From Lachnospiraceae bacterium (GTDB lineage: Bacteria > Bacillota > Clostridia > Lachnospirales > Lachnospiraceae): 40,647 bases of DNA. Positions 18,142 through 27,382 of the stretch are shown here, in pieces. The notes under the pieces are model-generated. The model was not told the origin of the DNA. It saw only the letters and a list, made by a program, of their open reading frames with translations, and did not search any database. Where the stretch lies: NCBI GenBank assembly GCA_900772685.1, contig CAAGRP010000090.1:1-40647 (forward strand). The letters run 5' to 3'. The position numbers were made by a program, and so were the translations under genes. Each line of letters starts with the position of its first letter. Position 1 is the first letter of the stretch.

Positions 18142-18265
18142 CTCTTTTAAACTGCCGTTTTTTTATTTTTTTTGTGCTGATAATTGACTTTTTTTCTCTT
18201 ATATTATATACAGTATCCTTGGAAATAATTTCCCTTTATAATCTCTCTTGAAAGGAAATCAATAA

Positions 18266-19708
18266 ATGAACAATGCCGGTGAAAATATTATAGAACTCAG
18301 GAATGTCTGCAGAACCTTCAGCGATGGCTTCAGTGCCGTTTCGGACTTCACTCTTGAAGTCAAGCGAGGTGAATTTGTAACCTTCTTAGGTCCTTCGGGA
18401 TGCGGAAAAACAACCACTCTTCGAATGATAGCCGGTTTTGACCTGCCAACTTCAGGTGAGATACTTCTTAACGGAAAGAGCATAACGGATCTTCCGCCGA
18501 ATAAAAGACCGATTAATACCGTTTTTCAGCGGTATGCTCTTTTTCCCCATATGAATATATATGAAAATATCGCTTTCGGTCTCAAGCAGAAAAAAATGGA
18601 TAAGTCCCTTATCGAAAAAAAAGTTAAAAAATTCCTTGAGCTTGTCGATCTTGAAGGCTTTGAGGACCGCCGTGTATCAACCCTTTCAGGCGGCCAGCAG
18701 CAAAGGGTCGCTATAGCACGCGCACTTGTAAACGAACCTGAAATACTCCTTCTTGACGAGCCTCTGGGTGCACTCGACCTCAAGATGCGTCAGGAAATGC
18801 AGATAGAACTTAAGGCAATGCACGATGAGCTCGGCATTACCTTTATATATGTTACCCATGACCAGGAAGAGGCTCTTACAATGTCTGATAAGATAGTTGT
18901 CATGTCAGAGGGCCGCATACAGCAGATAGGCACGCCTGAGGACATATACAACGAGCCGCAGAATGCATTTGTAGCCGACTTTATCGGAAACAGCAACCTC
19001 TTTAACGGAATAATGACAGATAAACTTACCGCAAGATTCTGCGGAGGCACATTTAAATGCGTGGATGATATAGATGTCGGAACACACATAACGGCTGTAG
19101 TAAGACCGGAGGACGTTATAATAACCTCTCCCGAAAACGGAACCATACAAGGTACCGTCACCTCTGTCATATTTAAAGGAATACATTATGAGATAACCGT
19201 TGAATCCGGCAGATATGAAGTGGTCATCCAATCCGTAGACCGCGCAAACGTCGGAGACGTCATCGGAATGAACGTCATCCCGGACAATATCCATATAATG
19301 ATAGCCGAGGATCACACCAACATATTTTTTGCCGATATCAATAAGGATTTCAGGCTCGAATACAACGGCAGCGTTCTTGATACCAGCGTCACAAGACTGT
19401 TCCCCAACAGCAAGCGAAACAGCGACGGCACCATCATAGATTCCGGCGGTGATGCAGTCGACTTAAGACGTGTAAAGATAATGATAGCCATGCAGCCTCA
19501 GGACATCACCCTTACCGATGACAAGGAGCAGGGTCTCGTACAGGGCTATATAAGCAACCTTATATACAAGGGTGACCATTACAGCTATGTTATCAAAACC
19601 GATATAGGTCAGGACTTTGTCGTAGATGACGAATATCTCTGGAACATGAACGATAATGTCGGCCTTATCATGCCTGTTGATAAAATGAAATTCACAGTTA
19701 AAAAATAA
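18266..19708 (+). CDS. potA: Spermidine/putrescine-type ABC transporter ATPase with extended C-terminus
   Basis: Walker A GPSGCGKTT, LSGGQQQR, LLLDEPL. 480 aa, about 100 aa longer than the usual PotA because of a second TOBE-like segment. Confidence 0.9.
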   Translation: MNNAGENIIELRNVCRTFSDGFSAVSDFTLEVKRGEFVTFLGPSGCGKTTTLRMIAGFDLPTSGEILLNGKSITDLPPNKRPINTVFQRYALFPHMNIYENIAFGLKQKKMDKSLIEKKVKKFLELVDLEGFEDRRVSTLSGGQQQRVAIARALVNEPEILLLDEPLGALDLKMRQEMQIELKAMHDELGITFIYVTHDQEEALTMSDKIVVMSEGRIQQIGTPEDIYNEPQNAFVADFIGNSNLFNGIMTDKLTARFCGGTFKCVDDIDVGTHITAVVRPEDVIITSPENGTIQGTVTSVIFKGIHYEITVESGRYEVVIQSVDRANVGDVIGMNVIPDNIHIMIAEDHTNIFFADINKDFRLEYNGSVLDTSVTRLFPNSKRNSDGTIIDSGGDAVDLRRVKIMIAMQPQDITLTDDKEQGLVQGYISNLIYKGDHYSYVIKTDIGQDFVVDDEYLWNMNDNVGLIMPVDKMKFTVKK

Positions 19709-19722
19709 ACCGGGAGAGATCA

Positions 19723-20520
19723 ATGCCAAAAATGACCTTTTCAAGAAAAGCCCTGTCTATTCCGTATATGGTTTTTCTTTTAATATTTGTTATCGCTCCG
19801 CTCGCAGTGCTTGTCTTCTTTGCATTCACCGACGGAAGCGGTCACATTTCAGCAATGAACTTTATCGGATTCTTTTCGGATCCGAATACGCTCGGCACGC
19901 TCGTATACAGTCTTGCCGTGGCTGTTGTAACGACCGTCGTATGCCTTCTTATCGCGTATCCGACGGCATATATCCTTGCCAAAAGCCGGCTTAAGCAGAA
20001 ATCAGCGATACTTCTGCTCATAGTCGCACCCATGTGGATAAACTTTTCTCTCAGAATATCCGCATTGAAGGAGATCCTCACTCTTATAGAAGGAAATCTG
20101 GCCCTTTATCCGTTCTTCAATACGATAGTAGGCATGACCTATGACTTCCTTCCTTTTATGATCCTTCCTATATACAACACTCTTGTAAGGCTCGACAACT
20201 CTTATATCGAAGCCTCAAGAGACCTTGGTGCCGGAAGCTTTTCGACCTTTATGAAGGTGACCCTTCCTCTTTCGGTTCCCGGGATCATAAGCGGTATAAT
20301 GATGGTTTTCCTTCCGTCAATGACAAACTATGTCGTTCTCGACATGCTTTATAACAGCACATATATCATGGGAAGCCTTATCGGAAGCTATTTCTCCGCC
20401 TACAACTGGCACGGCGGATCGATGATAGCCCTCATCCTTCTTACGATCATATGTCTCTTTACGCTTCTTACAAACGACCGTGAAGCGGATGATCAGAAAA
20501 GAGGAGGTGCATTGCTGTGA
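19723..20520 (+). CDS. potB: ABC transporter permease
   Basis: 265 aa; 6-TM BPD permease with EAS.DLGA loop. Confidence 0.88.
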   Translation: MPKMTFSRKALSIPYMVFLLIFVIAPLAVLVFFAFTDGSGHISAMNFIGFFSDPNTLGTLVYSLAVAVVTTVVCLLIAYPTAYILAKSRLKQKSAILLLIVAPMWINFSLRISALKEILTLIEGNLALYPFFNTIVGMTYDFLPFMILPIYNTLVRLDNSYIEASRDLGAGSFSTFMKVTLPLSVPGIISGIMMVFLPSMTNYVVLDMLYNSTYIMGSLIGSYFSAYNWHGGSMIALILLTIICLFTLLTNDREADDQKRGGALL

Positions 20521-21323
20521 AAAAATTTCCAAGAGCCTTATTTATCTCTCTTGTACTTTTGTTTTTATATGCGCCGATACTCATCCTCGCTGTTTACAGC
20601 TTTACCGATGCAACAAACATAGGAGCTATCAAGGGATTTTCGCTGCATAATTACATAACATTATTTACGACCGACGAACTCCTTGGAATGATAATCGGAA
20701 CGCTTCTTCTTGCAATCCTTTCCGCTGCTATCTCCACGGTACTCGGTACCATGGGTGCCATCGGAAGCTTTTACTCAAAGAAACGCATGGGCTCGTTTAT
20801 CTCCACAACAAACCAGATCCCGGTCATAAACGCAGATGTCGTAACAGGATTTTCGATCTGTATACTGCTTGTAGTCGTTTTGGGAGTGAGCAAGGATACA
20901 TATATCCCGCTTATATTCGGTCATGTGACCCTTTGTGCACCGTTTGTCTATCTTTCGGTAATACCAAAGCTTAAGGAGATGGATCCGAGCATATACGAGG
21001 CCGCACTTGACCTTGGTGCTTCTCCGTCCTCCGCACTCAAGAAAATAATAATCCCTCAGATAGTTCCCGGGATCCTTTCCGGATTTATGCTTGCCATAAC
21101 ACTGTCTCTTGACGATTATTTTATTTCGACATATACAAAGCCGGCAACCTTCGATACGATCAGCACATATGTGGTAAATGCCACAAAGGGCTCACAGACA
21201 AATATCAAAACCGCGCTCTGGGCTCTTTCGGCCGTAATATTTGCCATAGTGATCATCTTCGTTGTATGCATGAATATCAAGGCTTCAAAACAGGCAGAAA
21301 AGGCAGGGAAGAAATATGAATAA
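20517..21323 (+). CDS. potC: ABC transporter permease
   Basis: 268 aa. GTG start overlapping the potB stop, with GAGGAGG upstream; EAA loop (EAALDLGAS). Confidence 0.88.
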   Translation: MKKFPRALFISLVLLFLYAPILILAVYSFTDATNIGAIKGFSLHNYITLFTTDELLGMIIGTLLLAILSAAISTVLGTMGAIGSFYSKKRMGSFISTTNQIPVINADVVTGFSICILLVVVLGVSKDTYIPLIFGHVTLCAPFVYLSVIPKLKEMDPSIYEAALDLGASPSSALKKIIIPQIVPGILSGFMLAITLSLDDYFISTYTKPATFDTISTYVVNATKGSQTNIKTALWALSAVIFAIVIIFVVCMNIKASKQAEKAGKKYE

Positions 21324-22800
21324 GAGATTTTTATCATTATTGATATCCGCTGTTTCCGTGTTTTCGGCAACCGTCCTCCCCTGCACTATCGCATTTGCAG
21401 AGGAAACTCCCTCCGTAACCCTTAGGGTATGCAACTGGGAAGAATATATAGACCTTGGCGACTGGGATGAGGATGAGACAATAGAACTCGAAAGCGGAGA
21501 TATCACCTCGGAAAATTCAATGATCAAGGATTTCGAGAACTGGTACTATGAGACCTACGGTATACGTGTAAATGTCGAGTACAGTACCTTCGGAACAAAC
21601 GAAGATCTGTATAACAGGCTCATGCTCGGCGACACCTACGATATCATCTGTCCTTCCGAATATCTTATAATGAAGCTTATGACCGAAAATGCACTTGTTC
21701 CGCTCTCCGACAGCTTCTTTGATGCGTCCGTTGAAGAGAATTATTATATAAGGGGGCTTTCTCCTTATATCTCATCGGTATTCAACGAAAATAAGATAAA
21801 CGATGAAGAGTGGAGCAGATATATGGCCGGATATATGTGGGGTATAACCGGTATCGTTTATAATCCGGAGTATGTTCCGAAGGAAGATGCTTCATCATGG
21901 ACCATACTGAATGACCCGCAATATAAAAGAGCCGTTACCATAAAGGACAATGTCCGTGATTCGTATTTTGCGGCAGTAGGTGCCATAAAGCACGACCTTC
22001 TTACAGATGAAAGCTTCCTTTCGTCTCCCGACTACAAGGAAAAACTCCTTGAAGAAATGAATGATGTGTCGGACGAGACTATAGCCGTGGTTCAGGATTA
22101 TCTTCAATCCGTTAAAAACAATGCGTATTCATTTGAAACCGACTCCGGTAAGGCCGATATGATAACAGGAAAGGTCCTTGCAAACTATCAGTGGTCCGGA
22201 GACGCCGTATATACGATGGATCAGGCCGATGAGGATGACTACACCCTGAATTTTGCCGTTCCTGCGGAATCAACAAATATCTATTTCGATGGCTGGGTAA
22301 TGCTAAAGAGCGGGATCGGAAACGATACGGCAAAGCAGCATGCCGCAGAGGCCTTTATGAACTTTCTTTCAAGGCCTGACAACGCGATAAGAAACATGTA
22401 TTACATCGGTTACACCTCTGTTATTTCGGGCGGTGACGATGACCGTATATTTGAATACGTGGATTACTGCTATGGTGCCGAAGAGGATGAAACGGACGTC
22501 ACGGAATATCCTCTTGACTATTTCTTCTCGGATGATCCTTCTTCCGATGAATATACTCTTACTGTTCCGACGGAACAGCTTGACCGCCAGCTCTCCGCAC
22601 AGTATCCGTCTGCGGATGCGCTCGGCAGATCCAGCGTAATGCTGAATTTCGATAATGAAAGAAATGATAAGATAAACCACATGTGGATCAACGTGAGATG
22701 CTTTAATATAAACAACATCCCTGTTGTGCTCCGTATTCTTATATGTGCGGTTATCGCAGGTGCTGTCATTTTCCTTGTACGAAACAGGCGGAGACACTGA
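21316..22800 (+). CDS. potD: Polyamine-type periplasmic binding protein homologue with signal peptide and C-terminal TM anchor
   Basis: 494 aa. N-terminal signal sequence, PotD/PotF-like core (CPSEY, WSGDA) and a terminal hydrophobic helix VVLRILICAVIAGAVIFLV followed by RNRRRH. Confidence 0.85.
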   Translation: MNKRFLSLLISAVSVFSATVLPCTIAFAEETPSVTLRVCNWEEYIDLGDWDEDETIELESGDITSENSMIKDFENWYYETYGIRVNVEYSTFGTNEDLYNRLMLGDTYDIICPSEYLIMKLMTENALVPLSDSFFDASVEENYYIRGLSPYISSVFNENKINDEEWSRYMAGYMWGITGIVYNPEYVPKEDASSWTILNDPQYKRAVTIKDNVRDSYFAAVGAIKHDLLTDESFLSSPDYKEKLLEEMNDVSDETIAVVQDYLQSVKNNAYSFETDSGKADMITGKVLANYQWSGDAVYTMDQADEDDYTLNFAVPAESTNIYFDGWVMLKSGIGNDTAKQHAAEAFMNFLSRPDNAIRNMYYIGYTSVISGGDDDRIFEYVDYCYGAEEDETDVTEYPLDYFFSDDPSSDEYTLTVPTEQLDRQLSAQYPSADALGRSSVMLNFDNERNDKINHMWINVRCFNINNIPVVLRILICAVIAGAVIFLVRNRRRH

Positions 22801-22895
22801 CCCGGACTCTTTACGCGGCATAAGCATATATTCCGCGAATCAAAAGCTTCAGCGCATCATATATACAATATAACAACGGATATACATCTTAAAAT

Positions 22896-22927
22896 AAAAA
22901 GGCGTGGCCGCAAGCCACACCTTTTTT
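22896..22927. terminator. Bidirectional terminator between potD and the convergent gene
   Basis: AAAAAGGCGTGGC-CGCAA-GCCACACCTTTTTT: hairpin with an A-run and a T-run on either side. Confidence 0.65.
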
Positions 22928-22945
22928 ATATACATAAATGTTTAA

Positions 22946-23374
22946 TTATCGATCATCGTCGTCAACTAAGTCTTCGAGTTCTTCCTCTTCAAGCATCATA
23001 GCTGCAGCGACTGCCTTCTGCTTTTCATCGTCGGCTTCCTCTGATGCATCATCCGCTTCCCGGTTATCTTCTTCTGTGTCAGCATCGTCTTCCGAGCTCT
23101 CGTCATTTTCTTCTATCTGCTCAGGCTCGTTATCCGTTATCTCTTCAGCCGGCTCCATCGAAGCCTCATCCGGCTCGTTCTTCATCTTTATAAGGCTCGT
23201 AACTATAAGAACGACCGAAATAACGATAAATAAAACTCCGAAAAGAACGAACAGCCATGGGTTATCCGGATTATCCGTTCCCTTTATCACTCCGCTGATA
23301 AGCTGCACTCCAAGATAAATAAGATATGCCGCAACAATAAACCTCACTATATACCGGCTGTATTTTCCTCCCAT
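22946..23374 (-). CDS. Small 2-TM membrane protein with highly acidic C-terminal tail (hypothetical)
   Basis: ATG 23374 (MGGKYSRYIV...), preceded by AGAGAGG, is preferred to the TTG track start at 23422. Two hydrophobic helices, then a D/E-rich tail. Confidence 0.6.
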   Translation of the reverse strand: MGGKYSRYIVRFIVAAYLIYLGVQLISGVIKGTDNPDNPWLFVLFGVLFIVISVVLIVTSLIKMKNEPDEASMEPAEEITDNEPEQIEENDESSEDDADTEEDNREADDASEEADDEKQKAVAAAMMLEEEELEDLVDDDDR

Positions 23375-23474
23375 TGTAAGACCTCTCTGCTTTATATTAT
23401 TTATATGCCGCTTTAAAACCAAAGCATGGCATCAACCTTTTAAACTATACCAAAAAAAATAATATATGTAAATG

Positions 23475-23502
23475 AAAAAGAGACATCCGTAAACAATGTC
23501 TC
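23475..23502 (-). terminator. Terminator of the tRNA operon
   Basis: GAGACAT (23480-23486) / ATGTCTC (23496-23502). The A5 run at 23475-23479 on plus is a T-run on minus, about 45 nt beyond tRNA-Val. Confidence 0.55.
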
Positions 23503-23546
23503 CTGAAATACTCTTTATAAATACAGTTTGATTTTTTGCATAAAAA

Positions 23547-23619
23547 TGGGGCCTACAGGGCTCGAACCTGTGACCCTCTGCTTGTAAGGCAGATGCTCTC
23601 CCAGCTGAGCTAAGACCCC
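23547..23619 (-). tRNA. tRNA-Val (anticodon TAC)
   Basis: Reverse complement GGGGTCTTAGCTCAGCTGGGAGAGCATCTGCCTTACAAGCAGAGGGTCACAGGTTCGAGCCCTGTAGGCCCCA folds as a cloverleaf with anticodon loop CTTACAA. Confidence 0.9.
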
Positions 23620-23650
23620 AAATAAATCTTATTTGATTATAAAATAAAAA

Positions 23651-23724
23651 CGACCCGGATCGGGTTCGAACCGACGACCTCCGCCGTGACAGGGCGGCGC
23701 TCTAACCAGCTGAGCCACCGGGCC
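23651..23724 (-). tRNA. tRNA-Asp (anticodon GTC)
   Basis: Reverse complement GGCCCGGTGGCTCAGCTGGTTAGAGCGCCGCCCTGTCACGGCGGAGGTCGTCGGTTCGAACCCGATCCGGGTCG; anticodon loop CTGTCAC. Confidence 0.9.
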
Positions 23725-23746
23725 GTATTAAATTATCAAAATAAAA

Positions 23747-23820
23747 TGGACCCTCGGGGACTCGAACCCAGGACCGATCGGTTATGAGCCGATTGCTCTA
23801 ACCAGCTGAGCTAAGGGTCC
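23747..23820 (-). tRNA. tRNA with CAT anticodon (elongator Met or lysidine-modified Ile2)
   Basis: Reverse complement GGACCCTTAGCTCAGCTGGTTAGAGCAATCGGCTCATAACCGATCGGTCCTGGGTTCGAGTCCCCGAGGGTCCA; anticodon loop CTCATAA; one T-C mismatch in the T stem. Confidence 0.85.
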
Positions 23821-23825
23821 AAAAA

Positions 23826-23898
23826 AGCCGATGATCGGACTCGAACCGATAACCTGCTGATTACAAATCAGCTGCTCTGCCAATTGAGCCACATCGGC
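23826..23898 (-). tRNA. tRNA-Thr (anticodon TGT)
   Basis: Reverse complement GCCGATGTGGCTCAATTGGCAGAGCAGCTGATTTGTAATCAGCAGGTTATCGGTTCGAGTCCGATCATCGGCT; anticodon loop TTTGTAA. Confidence 0.88.
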
Positions 23899-23929
23899 AA
23901 TTTCCATTTCTTTTGGACTTGCACGATTG

Positions 23930-23958
23930 ATAATACCATAGGGTTTTTTAAAATGCAA
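23930..23958 (-). promoter_or_regulatory. Sigma-A type promoter of the tRNA operon
   Basis: Minus strand reads TTGCAT - 17 nt - TATTAT, about 30 nt upstream of the tRNA-Thr 5' end. Confidence 0.55.
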
Positions 23959-23977
23959 GCACTTTTTTCAAAAAGTT

Positions 23978-24006
23978 TTGACCTATTTTTTAAAATGTGT
24001 TATCAT
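23978..24006 (+). promoter_or_regulatory. Sigma-A type promoter for the DUF1461 gene
   Basis: TTGACC - 17 nt (ending TGT) - TATCAT, an extended -10 configuration, about 55 nt upstream of ATG 24060. Confidence 0.55.
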
Positions 24007-24059
24007 ACGCCTGTTTCACTGCTTAACTGCCTAATCTTAAATGAATTCAGGGAGATAAC

Positions 24060-24704
24060 ATGAAAAGATTTATTCAGATAATATCGGGGCTTATCACCGC
24101 TGTATTTATACTTTGCATCGCAACAGTGATAACTCTTAACTCCGGCTTTTTATATGAAGCCGATGTAAAGAAATATGATATAGAAGAAACGACTTCTTTA
24201 TCTCACGATGAGATAATGGCCAATTATAAGGCGATGATCAACTACAACAACCTCGGTGGTCCTTCGGAGCTTAAGTTCCCGACCTTTTCAATGTCGGACG
24301 GCGGCCGTATCCATTTTAAAGAGGTTAAGCGTATTTTTAATATAATGGAGTACGCTGCCATCATATGCGGTATAGCGACAGCATTCTTTATCATCTTCTA
24401 TATAAGAAAGAAGATGTACGGATATTTCCTGTGGAGCGGCATTATAACCGTTGCCCTGCCGGTTATCGCCGGCATCTATGCGCTTGCAGCCTGGGACAGC
24501 CTCTTTGTGACATTTCACAGACTGCTGTTCAACAATGACTACTGGATCTTTGACGCCGCTGCAGACCCCGTCATAACGATCCTTCCTGACGGTTATTTTC
24601 TGCACTGCCTTATAATGATCATAGTCATCTCATTCGTACTTGCAGTGCTTTGCTTTGCCGGATATTTCAGCTTCCGAAAACGCCTGCGTTCAAGGAACGG
24701 TTGA
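24060..24704 (+). CDS. TIGR01906/DUF1461-family integral membrane protein (family containing lipoprotein intramolecular transacylase Lit)
   Basis: 214 aa, 4-5 TM. The FHRLLFNNDYWIFD...DPVITILPDGYF segment resembles the conserved DUF1461 core as I remember it. Confidence 0.55.
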   Translation: MKRFIQIISGLITAVFILCIATVITLNSGFLYEADVKKYDIEETTSLSHDEIMANYKAMINYNNLGGPSELKFPTFSMSDGGRIHFKEVKRIFNIMEYAAIICGIATAFFIIFYIRKKMYGYFLWSGIITVALPVIAGIYALAAWDSLFVTFHRLLFNNDYWIFDAAADPVITILPDGYFLHCLIMIIVISFVLAVLCFAGYFSFRKRLRSRNG

Positions 24705-24763
24705 TAGTTTCTATGATTTGATATATACTGTAACGTGACTTTTTAGAAATAAGGAGTATTGTT

Positions 24764-25540
24764 TTGGCAACATATATTCAGAATTTTTTGAAATTCAAGC
24801 CTCTTCTTTTAGAGCTTGTATCAAGAGACATTAAAAACAAATACCGTCGTTCGGTACTCGGAGTACTCTGGACGCTGCTCAACCCTCTCCTCATGATGGT
24901 CGTGCTCGCCATTGTATTTTCTAATCTTTTTAAATTCGATATAGAAAACTATCCCGTGTACATCCTGAGCGGTCAGGTAATATATAACTTCTTCTCCGAA
25001 GCGACCAATATGTCGATGTCGGCTATAATCGACAACGCGCCGCTTTTAAAGAAGGTATATATACCAAAATACCTTTTTGTGTTTTCGCGCGTGCTCTCAA
25101 GCATCATAAACGTGCTTGCATCACACTGTGCTCTTATACTCGTTATGATAGCAACCGGCGTTGAGCTTCATTGGACAGTACTTCTTTTCTTTATACCAAT
25201 GATATTCCTTGTTTTATTCAGCCTCGGCTGCGGACTCATACTGTCGACCGTAGCGGTCAAATTCCGCGATATAATGCATCTGTACGGCGTTTTCGTAACG
25301 GCTCTTATGTACCTCACACCTGTGATCTATGCACTGAGCCTCCTTCCGCACTGGTTATATCAGGTCGTTCGCGCAAACCCTATTACAAACTATCTTATGA
25401 TGTACAGGGATGTAATGCTGAACGGTGTTATCTTTGATCCGATCCAGTTTTTGATCGGTGTAGTCGAAGGTGTTGTAATGCTCCTTCTCGGTCTTTATGT
25501 ATTTGCTAAGAAACAGGATTCATTTATTTTGGATCTCTAA
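24764..25540 (+). CDS. ABC-2 type exporter permease (TagG/Wzm-like)
   Basis: 258 aa, 6 TM. RDIKNKYRRSVLGVLWTLLNP is the ABC-2 N-terminal signature. TTG start 8 nt after AAGGAG. Confidence 0.85.
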   Translation: MATYIQNFLKFKPLLLELVSRDIKNKYRRSVLGVLWTLLNPLLMMVVLAIVFSNLFKFDIENYPVYILSGQVIYNFFSEATNMSMSAIIDNAPLLKKVYIPKYLFVFSRVLSSIINVLASHCALILVMIATGVELHWTVLLFFIPMIFLVLFSLGCGLILSTVAVKFRDIMHLYGVFVTALMYLTPVIYALSLLPHWLYQVVRANPITNYLMMYRDVMLNGVIFDPIQFLIGVVEGVVMLLLGLYVFAKKQDSFILDL

Positions 25541-25558
25541 TAAATATTTGAGGTAATT

Positions 25559-26293
25559 ATGGAAAACGATCTTATGGTAAAAGTGGATCATGTATCCATG
25601 CGTTTTAATCTGGCTTCCGAAAAGGTCAACAGCTTAAAAGAGTATTTTATAAAGACCCTTAAGCGTCAGATATCCTACAACAGCTTCTGGGCCTTAAATG
25701 ACGTCTCTTTTGAGGTAAGACGAGGCGAGGCTGTAGGTCTCATAGGTCTTAACGGAAGCGGAAAGAGCACGATGCTCAAGATAATCGCAGGAGTATTAAA
25801 ACCGACAGAGGGTTCTGCTGCCGTATACGGCTCTATGGCTCCTCTTATCGAGCTCGGTGCAGGTTTCGACTTTGACCTTACCGCAAGAGAGAATGTCTTC
25901 CTCAACGGCGCCATACTCGGTTATTCACGCGAATATATGCAGCAGTATTACGACGACATCGTAGAATTCTCCGAGCTCGGACAGTTCATGGACACACCTG
26001 TAAAGAACTTCTCTTCAGGTATGATCTCAAGGCTTGCCTTCGGTATCGCAACTATCGGCCAGCCCGATCTCCTCATCGTCGATGAGGTGCTTTCCGTCGG
26101 TGACTTCAGATTCCAGAACAAGTGCGAAGAAAGGATCCGCAGGATGCTTGATGCCGGAACGACGCTTCTTTTCGTTTCGCACAGCATTGCTCAGGTCAAG
26201 GAGCTCTGCAGCAAGGTCGTATGGCTCGAGCACGGAAACCTCCGCGCCTTCGGTCCGTCCGAGATATATTGCGAAGAATACGAAAATTCATAA
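25559..26293 (+). CDS. ABC exporter ATPase (TagH/Wzt-like, short form)
   Basis: GLNGSGKST, FSSGMISRLAF, LLIVDEVLSVGD. Confidence 0.9.
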   Translation: MENDLMVKVDHVSMRFNLASEKVNSLKEYFIKTLKRQISYNSFWALNDVSFEVRRGEAVGLIGLNGSGKSTMLKIIAGVLKPTEGSAAVYGSMAPLIELGAGFDFDLTARENVFLNGAILGYSREYMQQYYDDIVEFSELGQFMDTPVKNFSSGMISRLAFGIATIGQPDLLIVDEVLSVGDFRFQNKCEERIRRMLDAGTTLLFVSHSIAQVKELCSKVVWLEHGNLRAFGPSEIYCEEYENS

Positions 26294-26320
26294 GCTATAA
26301 ACTTTTTAATAACAGGAGAT

Positions 26321-26932
26321 ATGATGAAGAAGAAACTACCCATGATCATAGGGTTGATCGCAGTCATTGCATTTTCGATCTTTTACGGCTTTACCGATAA
26401 AGCCCACAAAATATATGACAACAACGTAAATACGGCTCAATACACCGATCTCGGTGCGCTTCCTGACGGTCAGGAGCTCAATCAGGCCTTTACCTCCGAG
26501 GAGGATGTTCTGGACGGCTTTTTGATCAAGTGTAATCCTGCAGGTGATTACGCAAACTCTGTCGTAAATATCGAGGTTTTAGACGGGGATACAAGAGAAG
26601 TGCTCGCAAAGGTCTCCGAGCCCGGAACAAACATAGCTCCGAGAAAGCTTCACCTGTTCAGGCTCGATACACCTCTCACAGGCTGCAAGGGAAAGGATTA
26701 TATCCTTAAGATCACAGAAAGCGGCTCCACTGTAGGCAACGGAATAGACCTTTATTACCAGCCTCATCCGGAGATGACAAGCGGCTTTACTTCAAACAAT
26801 GATGCCGTACCGGGCTGTCTCGTAATGAAGACCATAACCACCCGCTTCGACGCGGAAACGTTTATCATCATGTTCCTTTCGATCATGTTTATATGGGGAT
26901 TTATGTACTTCCTCTACAGATTATTCAAATAA
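26321..26932 (+). CDS. Hypothetical protein with N- and C-terminal TM helices
   Basis: 203 aa, with AGGAG RBS. The central ~150 aa are predicted extracytoplasmic. No motif I recognise. Confidence 0.6.
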   Translation: MMKKKLPMIIGLIAVIAFSIFYGFTDKAHKIYDNNVNTAQYTDLGALPDGQELNQAFTSEEDVLDGFLIKCNPAGDYANSVVNIEVLDGDTREVLAKVSEPGTNIAPRKLHLFRLDTPLTGCKGKDYILKITESGSTVGNGIDLYYQPHPEMTSGFTSNNDAVPGCLVMKTITTRFDAETFIIMFLSIMFIWGFMYFLYRLFK

Positions 26933-26955
26933 CGACTCCGATTTTTGCGGGTTCC

Positions 26956-26988
26956 AAAAAACAGATGCATGGCTTGCATCTGTTTTTT
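26956..26988 (+). terminator. Rho-independent terminator
   Basis: ACAGATGCA (26961-26969) / TGCATCTGT (26975-26983) followed by a T-run. Confidence 0.7.
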
Positions 26989-27052
26989 AATACTGTTATT
27001 ATCTAATTTAAAAGTACAGAAAGGCTCTGCCACACAGAGAACGGTGAATGAC

Positions 27053-27367
27053 ATGATACTTGTAAATACCGATTATATAACCGGAAAGAAGCTCGAAATG
27101 CTCTCTCTTGTAAAGGGCAGCACGATACAGTCAAAGAATATAGGCCGCGATATCACCCAAAGCTTAAAAACGCTCATCGGCGGCGAACTCGGTGCATACA
27201 CCGAAATGATGAATGACGCAAGAGCACTCGCAACACAGCGTATGACAGAGGAAGCAGAGGCACTCGGAGCCGATGCGGTTGTAAACATACGCTACGCCAC
27301 TTCAGCTGTCATGCAGGGCGCGGCAGAGGTCATAGCTTACGGCACCGCAGTAAAATTTGTAGATTAA
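27053..27367 (+). CDS. YbjQ/UPF0145 family protein
   Basis: MILVNTDYITGKKLEMLSLVKGS...GADAVVNIRYATSAV...AYGTAVKF is a full-length YbjQ fold. The track start at 26945 would read through the terminator at 26956-26988, so I use ATG 27053. Confidence 0.85.
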   Translation: MILVNTDYITGKKLEMLSLVKGSTIQSKNIGRDITQSLKTLIGGELGAYTEMMNDARALATQRMTEEAEALGADAVVNIRYATSAVMQGAAEVIAYGTAVKFVD

Positions 27368-27382
27368 TATGCAGCTCTATTA

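Noticed and set aside
26945-27052. N-terminal extension of the YbjQ ORF given by the track
   Set aside because: The extension would be translated through the strong terminator hairpin at 26956-26988. The YbjQ family is complete from Met 27053.
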